Shown: positions 30,001 to 42,000 of the stretch, piece after piece
How the letters are laid out: every line of letters starts with the position of its first letter
How positions within the stretch are numbered: position 1 is the stretch's first letter
NCBI GenBank assembly: GCA_965202585.1
Contig: OZ241828.1
Span: 42,842,001-42,906,000 of the forward strand
Length of the DNA stretch: 64,000 bases
Source of the DNA: Thalia democratica
Lineage: Eukaryota
Direction: 5' to 3'
The notes under the pieces: model-generated
Told to the model about the DNA's origin: nothing
Database searches by the model: none
What the model saw: the letters and a program-made list of their open reading frames with translations, nothing else
Program-made: the position numbers and the translations under genes

Positions 30001-33000
30001 CAAATTATATGGTTGTTAAAAGAGTAGGAGCTGAACCAAAGTTTCATGGGGTTTATTCTACCTTTCTTGATGAAATTAACTTGTCTAATTTTACTAAGCT
30101 TGTTTTCAAAGAGCTTTACCGAAATATACAGGTAGGCATTGTACAATTAAACTCAGACTTAAGATAGCTAAAGTAAAAAAAATATTATAAACATAGATAC
30201 GTTTTAATTCTTCATAATAAATTAAATTTTTATAGTTAAAATAATATACTTTTTTTTTCAACGTTTTGTTTAGAAAATCTTGTAAATGTGTTATCGTCCA
30301 AAAAACTTAAACGTTTAATTAGTTTTATAACTATGTGATAAATTAATGAGTTTTTATATTTTAGATAATATATTGCTTCAAATTTAAAGTCTTTATATTA
30401 TATTTTCAATTAAACAGTCTTTGCTGCAATTTGAAAAACCGAAAGATGAGAAGGAAAGTTTTTCTGATCGATTACTTTTAAAAAACTTAGGTCATTTCCT
30501 TGGAGTTATTACTATTGCGAAAAATAAGCCAATACAAGCCAAAGTAAATGTTTAAATTAGTAAAATAGAATAGATTAAAATCTTGAATGAAGAGTAAAAA
30601 TTAAAACGATAACATAAATTCTATAATTGCAATGCCATTTCTAATAACTAAATAAAATGATTCTATTTTTAATAGCATTTAGACATTAGAGCTCTACTAT
30701 ATGAAGCATGGCATAAAGGACATGGGGAGTCTTTCTACGTCATTCCATTTGTTGCAAAAATATTTGAGTCGGTTAAGAAAAGTGATGTTTTTAAGCTCCC
30801 AAATCCTTATACATATGTTATACTCTCTAATTTAAAAGAAATTTGGACTCACCCAAAAAAAAAAGTAATAAAGTAATGTGTTCACGTAGGAACTTTTTTT
30901 AAATGTAACTTTTATATTCAATTATGTTTACATGTATTAAATTAATTTGTAATAATTTTATAATAAGAATGTTTTGTAATTGTTTTATTTTATAACTAAT
31001 AATATAACAAGTAAATATATTTTTTTACTAAAGAAGGGGTGTCTTTAAAATAATTAAAAAAATACTAAAAATAATCGTCTAATCAGCTTGATTTTTATTA
31101 ATTGTTAAGTAAGTTTTTTTTTATTAATAGCAATGTCAGTTGGATGTAAAATCTTATGTTAAATTTCCAAAGTTTTATACACTAAAATATTATTTATTTA
31201 TATATTACCTACCAGGAAAATTTAAGTTTTGAAGTTGAAGTTCTTTTCAAAACATTAGAGTATGACTTACTTTCTCATCCTGCTTCGCATTACATTTCAA
31301 ATGAAGAACTCAAGAAAAAGATTCCATTCAACGTATGTTTTTTTACTTTTAGATATATAACTATATTGTTTTTCTTTCTATACGATGCTAAATATTTTTT
31401 TATGTAGAAATTATCCATAAGAAAGAAACGTTCAAACAAACACAGCAAACCGTCTACGCCATCCGAAATACAAGGTTCTCAACTTAATCCTCAAGTGCCA
31501 GAGCCGAACAAGTCAGTTTTTTCAAAGCTTAATTTTATCAAAAATACATTTCTTATTCTAAACTGGTTTACAATATTCAGAAATCCTGTCAATCCCAACC
31601 CTCAAAAGTTACCTTCACCCCAGCTTCCAACTGCTAAGTATACACTTGAAGAAATTGACGGAAACAATTTAATTTCCACCCTTAGTAGACTTGTCCAAAT
31701 CAATTTAGAAGTAAGTGTTTTTATATTAATGAATCTAGGAAAAACTTAGAAAACGTTTGACAAAAGTATGCATTTTATATAATTATTGATTTTTCATAAA
31801 TACAGAACGCTTTGTTTAAGTCAGCCAGTTCCCAAATCATGCAAGCGGTTTTAGTAGGTATTCAACAGGCCATTGCTGAAATTATGCCACAAAGTATCGA
31901 TAAAGCTAGAACTCTTGCAGTTAAAGCAACAGAACAAATAGCTCGTAAAGACTTTTCATTAGACCCTGATGAAGATAGACTACTTAAATGTGCAACTTAT
32001 ATGGTCAGCTTGGTTTATCTATAATTCATAATTAACGTATTTTGACTTAAATAAAATACTTTTTTTTTAATTTTAATTTTTTTTAATGAATCTATCTATG
32101 TTATAGGTTTTTCTGTATAGCCTTTTATATCAAAAAAATAAATATTTCAAAAACAACTCAGGTTCGGAATTTAGCTGCAGGAATGGCCTTGACATACTGT
32201 AGGGATGCTTTGCACCAGAGCATTGTCAGTAATCTACGCAACAATCTCATGACAGTTTTAAAAATGACTACCAGTTCGCCTCCTGAGTACAGACAGATAC
32301 TTGAACACACAATTGAAGAAGTCGCCAAAGATAACATTGATCTTGCCTGTAACATTGTACAAAAAGGAGCAATAGTCCAGTCAGATAAATACATAAACGA
32401 TGTTCTCAAACAAGTAAGGGTTTATGATTTCTAGTAAGAAATAGTACTATGTCATAAAGTTTTATAATAAATATTTTCTTAAATAATGGTTTTTTGGGTG
32501 GAAACCGATAAAACATTTATATTCTTCAGGATATACTTTTAAGAAAACGCGCTAAACAAGAAGGCCGTAGGTACACAAACCATGAAGTTCTTACATATCA
32601 AGCAGCTAATATGTATGATCCGATAAAACTTCAGGTACTCAAAAATTTGTACTGAATTATTATTTCAAAAGTATTTTCAGTGAAGTATTTACGACTTATG
32701 TTTAAAATAACGATTAATTTGAAAAATAATTGTTTATACATGTTTATTTTAATATTTACTCATTTTATGTAGTGTTATTACTAGTGTCAACAGGCTTGCC
32801 ACACCCAGGGTAGTTGAAGATTTTTGAGTTTTTTGAAAAACTACAACTTGTTTTCCATTAAAGCTTAAATGAGATCAGGTTGATCCAATTTACATTATCT
32901 GTTATTTTTTAGTTAATTTGTCGCTACAATTTATATTTATAACGTCCATTTCTATTATAAGGAAATCTTTACACTGACTATTTTTAGTTTGAAACCTTAT

Positions 33001-36000
33001 TTGAGTGCTGAAATTAACATTCATGATGATAAATTTAGTTTGAATATACGAAGCTACCATATCTTAGTGTTACTAGTTTCAATTTTATTTATAAAACATA
33101 TTTAAGTTCTTTCAAGTTATTTGTACACATAAATATATTTTTTAATTAATGGTTTAGTCCTTTTTAAACGGAGTGTTTTTGTAAGACAAAATTAGAAATA
33201 TAAATACTTATTCTTATACCCGCAAATGTATTTTTGTAAACATTAAATATTTGTTTTATAAAGTATATGTGTCTTAAAAAAACTGTTCACAGTTTTTATA
33301 AACGAAGAGTAAAAAATCAAGTATTTACAGTCACGATCTTGAAAAAATTAAACATAAGTGTAACAACAAAAAAAAAAACAACTACCGTGGAGGCGCAAAA
33401 CTTCAAAAATATTTTTTAAGTCAGGCTAGTTTTTAGTCACTTTGGCTAGCTTTTTTTTGCTTCAAAGAATGGCAATTCTGTATCTAGTAAATAAAATATA
33501 AGCACATGAAAAAATTGTCGTGAAAATCAGCTTTATTGTTTGTTTTCTAAATATCAGGGTTTTAAAAAAACCTGGAATCCTGGAAAAACCTTGAATTTAG
33601 CAATATAGGCAAAAATAACCTTGAACTTAAAACAAATTTTGCATGTAAAGTTTTAAAAATGTTATTAGATACTAAAAATCTATCATACACAACAATTTTT
33701 TAGGGTATCATTAAAAAAAATTTTTATTTTAGTTTTTTTTTTAAAGTAGCATTACAGTATCTTTTCAATACTTATATGTAAGACAGTTTTTTAATTAAAA
33801 TTTATACTAAAAATATGAAAAAAAAATCATGATTTTAAAAACCTGGAAAAATTTCAAAAAACTTCTAGGAAGCTTGAACTATATACACTATTAGTCAAGT
33901 TGTGTAAGTAAAGTTTGAAATATTTACTTCTATTTCTATAAAGTTTTTAAATGCTCGTATTTTTTCAGTCAATAATTAGAGTAGTTATTTTAAATAAAAA
34001 ACATAAACATTAGTATAATGTAAGCCTAGAGCTAGTTGAATTAAAAACAAAAAAACTTAGCCTAATACTTAAAGGTTGGTGGACCAACAAACCAGCAAAA
34101 GAAAGTGTACGAACAATTTTTCAATCAAATTCCTGGTTTTATTAATCCTGTTCGGCGTATGCACTTTCCGAATCCTGAAGTTAACCCAATTAAACCAATT
34201 CCACAGGTACAGAGTTAATTTTTATATCTTAATAGTACATACTCAAATTGTACTTACTTAATAACAGTTAACTAATTATGAAATAAAAAATATATTTGTA
34301 TGATTAAAAAAAATTTCCTAATAAGTGAATGAAACCGACAGTATAAAAGTGTAAATTAAACTAAATTAGTGATGGTTGAACATTAATTTAAATTCTAATG
34401 TAAATATAATGATTTTGTTTTGCCTTTCAAAGTACATAAAAAAATCTTAAAGTTGAAGTTATCTGTTAATTACGTTAAAATATTTTTTATTTATACAAAA
34501 GCTCTGTGTTGTTTAATTAGTACAATTATTTCACATTTTAAGTCGAATTCTAGCATACATTTATAAATAAACTTTAACTAAATATGTTTTTTTTAACTAA
34601 AACACGGAAATATTTATTTCTTTTAACTATAGAATTAGTTTTAATTTTTAAGTTAAATTAACTTTATTTTAATTTATAATAATTTTGTACTAACTATATA
34701 AATTTTTTGTCTTTCCTTTGTTTTTTAGTTTAATAGCTTCAACGTTGAACGGAAATTTTAGGTTAAGTTTCACCAAAAGTTAAAAAACAGAAAAAAATTG
34801 AATTCAGTTAAGCATCATATAAACATTAAGTAAAATATACTAAATTTTGAAATAGTTTGCTTAAAGTTTATGAAATTTACAACTAAATTGTGAATTGTTT
34901 TGAAATTTTTTTTAATCATGTTACATTTCGTTTTAAATATTCTAAAACAGTATCGATAATTATTTTATCACTGTTATTGGGGTTGCCACATACTCAAGCT
35001 AACGCAGGCTAGTATTATATTTTAAGGCCATATGGGGGGGGGGTCCAACACTTTTTTTACAAAAATTAACTTAGGCTTTTATATGAAAGCTTTAAATACA
35101 AGCTACAAGACAGTCTTTATAGAATTCAAAAATATCATTTAACTTATGAGATATTTTATTTTTTTTTAAAGTTTCCAATACAAACGTTTGGACAGCAAAT
35201 TTTTCGGGGTCAATTTTCTCGGAAATTTTAAAATTCACTAAAAATCTATCTCTTCCTTCATTTTTCAAGCAATCTTTTTCAAATTTTCAGGAAATATTCC
35301 TTATATTAAAGGGAAAAAAATTACTTATGAATTTTAATAATTTGAAAAAATAGAAATTTTATCACAAAAATAAAAAAATAAAAAGTGTTTTTTTTTTTCA
35401 AATAAATAATATTTTTACAATTTTTTTAATTCCAAAGTAACGTTTTTTTGTTATTTTATGAAGATTAGATTGTGAAAGTTTGAAGAAGACTGCTTGAAAA
35501 ATGTAGGAGTAGATAGATTTTAAATGAAGTAGTCTTTTTTCTCTGTTTTAGTTTTCCCTTCCTATAGGGAACCTCTTATGCGGTCCGACTTTGACTAGTC
35601 ATATCTAAAAATATAATTCGAATTTTTTAAAACGACAAAAAGCATCTTGAAGCTTAGAAAAAACTCTATAAAAAATGATCAACTTGTAAAAAACATGGAT
35701 TACCCCCTCCCCTATGGCCTTAAATACAGAGTATGGCAACACTGGTAGTATTGCAATTGTAAATTTTTTAAAAAGCAAAATTGAAATTATGTATAAGATA
35801 AATATAAGACATAAATATTCAATTTTAATAAGTTAGTAGGTTAGCCAAATTAATATTGACAATTTTCTATATCTACATAAGTATTTTTTGTAGATATTCT
35901 TTTACTTACTGAAAGAATAATAACTTAACAAGTTTTTTCGTTAAATAAAGTAATCTTCTTATAAAATATTTTCCTGTTAGCTTATAGAAAAACATTTTTC

Positions 36001-39000
36001 AAATTGCAAAATACTTAATCAATATTAAACCTTTCCTTTGTAAAAATAAGAACTTACAAATTGATTTTAGAATACTTTTTTGATATCAAATATTGACTTA
36101 AAAACATTCAAATCTTATCTTAATAAAATGTATGTTGTTTAACTTTAAGGTTGTTTAAGTTATTAAGAATATATATTCATTAAAAATTATTGTTTTTATA
36201 TATACAAAATATTGATATTTTTGTTTTGCAGAGGTGAGTAAATTATAGAATAACAAGTAAAATTGTCTATTATTTCAAAATTTTTGCAAAACTTTTGCCT
36301 ATGTGCCATTGTTTTTAAACCTTTTTAAAATTTAACGTTTTTTTTTTTATCAAAAATGTAGTACACATAAAAGTAGGGACATATATTTTACTGGTTACAA
36401 TTTATAGCAAGAGCAAACAACCCAGACCTGAGCCATAAAAAAGTCATTAGCGTGTTTTATACAACTTAAATTCTCCTTAAGTAAAATACATGTACCTAAA
36501 TAATAACAAAGTATCAACCGAGAAAAAGTCAGATTTTTTCCTTATTAAATTTTGATAAGCATTCAATTTTTTTTATGTATGGCAACCTTAAGTTCTTGTT
36601 TTGTCTGTTTAAATCAGTTTTAATGCAAGTATTGTATATACTTGAATAGAAAATTGTAAATTAATTTGCCAAAATAATTTATTAAACATAAAAATTTTCT
36701 TAAATTATAAGTTTATTTTGACTATTATATATAGAAAATAAATCTTAGTACAAGTTTTGAGAACTCTGTATAAAATTAAAAAATTTTAAAGGTTAACGAA
36801 GAAGTTATCCACTTGTTTAAACAGATGTTTGCAGAATTGGATTCAACTAAACAGGTTAGTTCTTAAACATAATTTTTAACGATAAGTAACTTAACATCGA
36901 GCGTTTTTTTTTTTACAAAAATATATATTTTAACTCTAGTCTTTTGTACGATGTAAAGCTCATGAGTTTAATTTATACTTATATAGTTTATAAAAATTGA
37001 TAAGGAACATTTACAACCGTATTAAGATTTCATTCTGTATCTTTTTTTACATCTATTAATTGATAAATATACCAAAAATTTGTTTTAAATTTCTTTTATT
37101 CATAAAGTTACATAATTTGTCTAAAGTAGACTTTTTTTACTTGATTTAGAATGTATAAAACGGCTGCCGAAACACCTGGAATTTGACAATTTTAACAAAA
37201 AAAGTTTGAAAAAACCTGGAGTGTGTGAAATTTTGAACAAATTTACTAAAAGACTTAAAAACCTGGAAAACTAAACTATTTTTACATGTAAAGTAACAAA
37301 ATTTCGATGAAATACAAAAAAATCTATCAGAAAAAATTAAAAAAGTGTATCATTTGACTTTTTATTTAAAAAAAGCATTAAAAGTAGCTTTACAGTAATT
37401 TTTTAATACAATATTCAAGACAGTTCGTTAACTTGCATTAAATTTTCTACCAAAAAACTTGTTTTTTTTTAAATGAAAGAAGTTCAAAAAATCTGAAAGC
37501 AATTCACAATTTTTTTTTCATATCTCTGATATAATTATATATTCATGTTAAAATGTACTTCTTGATTTTAACGAAATTAAGATTTACTTGAAAAATATTA
37601 AACATGAACTTATGTACCGCGCATAACTGAAACTTTAACTAACTAAAAACGTATTCTAAATCTAAAATTAGATTTTTGGTTAAATTAGGTTTATTAAAGT
37701 CTACAAAGTTTTAATAAATTTGTTCGATTATATGTATTTCAAAGATTAAACTGTTACTATATCTTGAGTTTACATTTTACTTCATTTAATTGAAATTGTA
37801 ACAACAAATAAGTTAAGAATTTAAATTAAATAATATTATTACAGAATTTGCTGATTTCAAATAGTTCGGCTTCCTATAAAGTTAACCAATTATATGAACA
37901 TCTAAATAAATTAGTCAGAAATTATACAGACATATCAGCATACTCTGAGTTTTTCAGTTTTTGTTTTGATGGTTTGGTTATAAACTTACAAGAGGCAGAG
38001 GTAATTTTTTACTACTATACTTATAGCTGTGTATATATTTTGTAGATAATTAAGTTTGATTAAACAAAAATTTTAAAATAAGTGTTTGTTGTTTTTGAAG
38101 TTTATTTTTTATCTTGATTAAAACATAAAAGTATAACTCAAAATTGATTCATTGATTCCTAGAAGTTTTTAACAAAAAATTGTTCTAAATTGCAATACTT
38201 AAAAGTGAGTGTCACTCTAAATATGATTTTAAATGAAAGTTTAATATTGTTAAAGGCTGTGGTTCACAAGTTTAAGTTGGCTTACATCAATGTGCTAAGA
38301 ATGTTACAAGATGATCGGTTATGCGGGGAAGAGACTGTTCAATCTGAAATAACTAAAAATTTGGTCATTCATTTTGACCAAGTAGTTCATCACGCTACAA
38401 CTGAAACTATCTTGTTGATCGTCCGGTGTCGTTTAATAAATTCTAAAACTTTAGACCAACTGATCGCACAGGTTAACAAACAATTAGTTAAATTAGTTTA
38501 CAAAATTAATCCTAATACTTAACATAAAAAAATAAAATTATGGTAATGTTAAGTTAAGTATATTTTCTACACCTTTTATTTAAGACATGAAATTCTGTCA
38601 AGAAAGTAAAAATTATACTATTTACGTAAACTAAGTTAGATTTTAGTCTAAGTACAAAAAGTGACAAAAAGACTATACTTTTAACCTTACTTACAGAAAA
38701 TAAAAGTTGCAGTAGATCAAGGAATTTTGCAGAGTAATATTAGACTTTTATTATTAGCCATCAAGATTTTAAGTTCTATTGTTTTAGAAGAAACTACAAA
38801 TCCTTCTAATCCTAGTGAAATGAGTTTTACTCACACTATTGAAGTTCTAAATAACTTGATAAATGTTGAAGGAATTCTAAATGTACAGTTAGTATTGTTT
38901 ACTATTTGCAAAAATAAAATTTTGTTATTGTGCTAAATTTTGTAAATAACTTAATGAGTTATTTTAAAGGCAGTTTTCAATACTTAAAACATTTATAGCT

Positions 39001-42000
39001 TGTTGAAATTGTAAATGACGGAAATTGAGACAATTGTTCTGATGAAATTTAAATGAAACAAATACTTTTCTATTTTTTTCGACTATATATGTTAAAAGAT
39101 TGTAACATAAAGAATTTTTAGATTTACACAGTCAAGTTTTTTGGGTTACTAAAATGTTAACTACTAAAGGAACATTTTAGAACAGGGTTTCCCAAATGTG
39201 CCAAGTGGCCCCCTTGTGGGCCGTTACAGAAATTTAGGGGGCCATGAGGTCATTATTTGGAACTTACACTAAATATTCTGGAAATAATGATGAAAAGCAA
39301 AAAAAAAGGTCTTAGGTAGTTTTAATGTTTATTTTATTGAGAAGTTTTGTTGGAGGGGCCATAGCTTTTTTAAAGGGGCTTTTTGAAAAAAAAAAAAAGG
39401 GAAATCCTGTTCTAGATTTAGTTAAGTGTATGTACTGTACACATACTATAAAATAATTTTTGTATTTTCTCTTTTGGTTTATGCATGCAGTTCGTTTTGC
39501 TTTGACAACTTGATCTCGATTGTTGATCGTAATATTATTTAACAGGACAAAGACCACAATTAATCAGTTAATGGAAAGCATTAAAAGCAAGTTTTTGGAA
39601 GCGCAACAAATTAATGAAAGCAAACAAATCTACACTCGTGTTATGCATAACTCTCTCCATAAAATTTTAGCTCATGAAAGTAGAGTTAGCCAATTTCACA
39701 GTTTTCTTGGTTTAGACCGAGCAAAAGTAAATTTATTGATCATATAAAGTAAACTTATATAAAATATAATATTTAAAGTGGGTATGAGTCTAATATGGAA
39801 AAAATAATCGAAGGGTCACTTTTGCAACTTAACTTTTTTTTAAATCACTATTGCCCCTAACCCTTGGTCGAATTTTTTTTCTTGTTTTTTTTCTATAACT
39901 AAATTTTGATAGGTATATTTAATGAAGTTTTCCTATCACGGTTACCCCTTACCCTCGGTCGGTAACTTTTTTCTTTCTTTAAAACAACATTTTTTTTACA
40001 ATTTTTTTTTACAATTTTCTACTCTGGTGTGTCCCTTCAAGAATATTAGACCCGCTCCTATTTAAAGTATACCTTGTAATTGTTTATTGCCTAAAGCTCG
40101 ACAGAAGCATTAAAACCAGTGTAACTTAAACAAAAAACACGAAAAATTAAAAAAAGGTCATTTCATAAAAAACTATCTTATAAAGCATAAGTTACATTTT
40201 TTATTAAACAATAGCAATGGATTAATGAATAAACGAAAACCATGTATATCAGAAAACATGTTGATAATAATTATAATAATTTATTGTTATTTATGATTTA
40301 AAATCTGATGTTTTAGAAGTAAATGCAATGAAACAGCATAAAAGAGTTTTTTACAAGAAATCAGGTAGAAGTTTTAATTATATATACATACCACAGATGT
40401 TTTTGTGATAAAACTTTATTCCGACTAACGGCGTTTCACTGCTCTCAAATAAATTTAAGAACAGATATACGGAGTCTATAAAATGTTAACAAAAAAAAAA
40501 AATACATGTATAATTATGTATAATGTTTATGTGACTAGTAACTAAAAACGAACTTTATGGTTTAAAAGTTTAGAAAAAAAAACGCCGTTAGTCGGAATAA
40601 AGTTTTAACACAAAAACATCTGTGGTACATATTCCGATAAGCTTAGCTTATCAGGATCTCCAGGATTTAATGCCTTTTAACGTTACATCTTATGTATACA
40701 TATGTATATCTTAAATATAAAGTATAAAAGTTTATCGTTACTTACTTGAAGCTAAATTGTTACAGGCTAAAAAGATGGACGATCGCCCTGGGTTTTCCAG
40801 GATAGTTGAGAGTAAAATAAGTGAGTGGTCAAACATTGTTTATGGGCAAGAAAATTTACAGAAGGCATACATAGGATTTGTCAGACAGCTTCAACTTTAC
40901 AAAGTTTTTGATAGCGACGACAACATAACTATGTTTTTTAGATTTTGCACAGAATATCTCGTTTCTAACGCATGCAAAACTTTACAAGTTAGTTACTAAA
41001 ATTTATGAATTATTATGAATACCTTTACTAAGACACAAGCGATATTATAAATTTGTACAAGACTGGATAAAGTCTTTAAAAAATTAAATTTCCTGTAAGT
41101 TTGAACCTTAAACTGTAAAAATATTTTGAAGTTACGTTATCAAACAAGCTAAGATAAAATTATTTAGTTCGTATTATTAACTTAGATACTTTAAATATAA
41201 TATATAAATATCATTAAAACTAAAAAAAAAATTAATTTACTTTTTTAAATAGGAAATGGCAAATAACCATACAATGATAAATCCATCAATGACTCGCAAT
41301 AAATGCTACCATTTCCTTGATGCTTATGTAGAACTTATTTTTATGATTATTAAATACCCTCCAGGTGGAGACACCAATCAAAGAAGTATAACATGCTTAA
41401 ATCAGGTAAAAAATAAAATAACATTAATTTTTAATTCTTATAGAAGTTTTATGTAAGTTGTTAGAATTAAAAGTTTTTATACAATTTTACTTTCCACGTT
41501 TACTTCAGCTTAACTGTCTACTAAGATTAAAAACTTCAATTATGTGTATTTGTACTTACATGTTTGAATTTTATACAGATTTTAGGAGTTATTATCGGAG
41601 TCATGCACCAAGATCAGGAAGTTAAGGGACCAGATTTTCATCAAATGCCTTATCAAAGAATTATTCAAATATTGTTTATAAAATTAATACCTAATAACAG
41701 CGGTATTGACTCACTAACATTTCAATATTTGGTTTCTTTTGTGTAAGTTTATTTCTTGTAGTTAAAAAGTATTAAGTTCTAAGAATTCTAATGTTTAACC
41801 TACACGTTAAAAAAGAAAGTTAAAAATTCATTTTAGTTAAAAAATATTGATAATTTCTAAAAATTTTTATAGAAACGCTTTTCATCTATTGAGGCCTGAA
41901 AAGCTACCAGGTTTTGCGTTTGCTTGGCTTGAATTAGTATCCTACCGCGGGTTTCTATCAAAAATGCTTGGAGGCGACGAACACAATGCACAAGGAGTTA

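Noticed and set aside
39039-39085. Hammerhead-like CTGATGA...GAAAC (a similar motif lies on the minus strand near 23725)
   Set aside because: Stems I to III cannot be completed; such motifs are expected by chance in AT-rich DNA.
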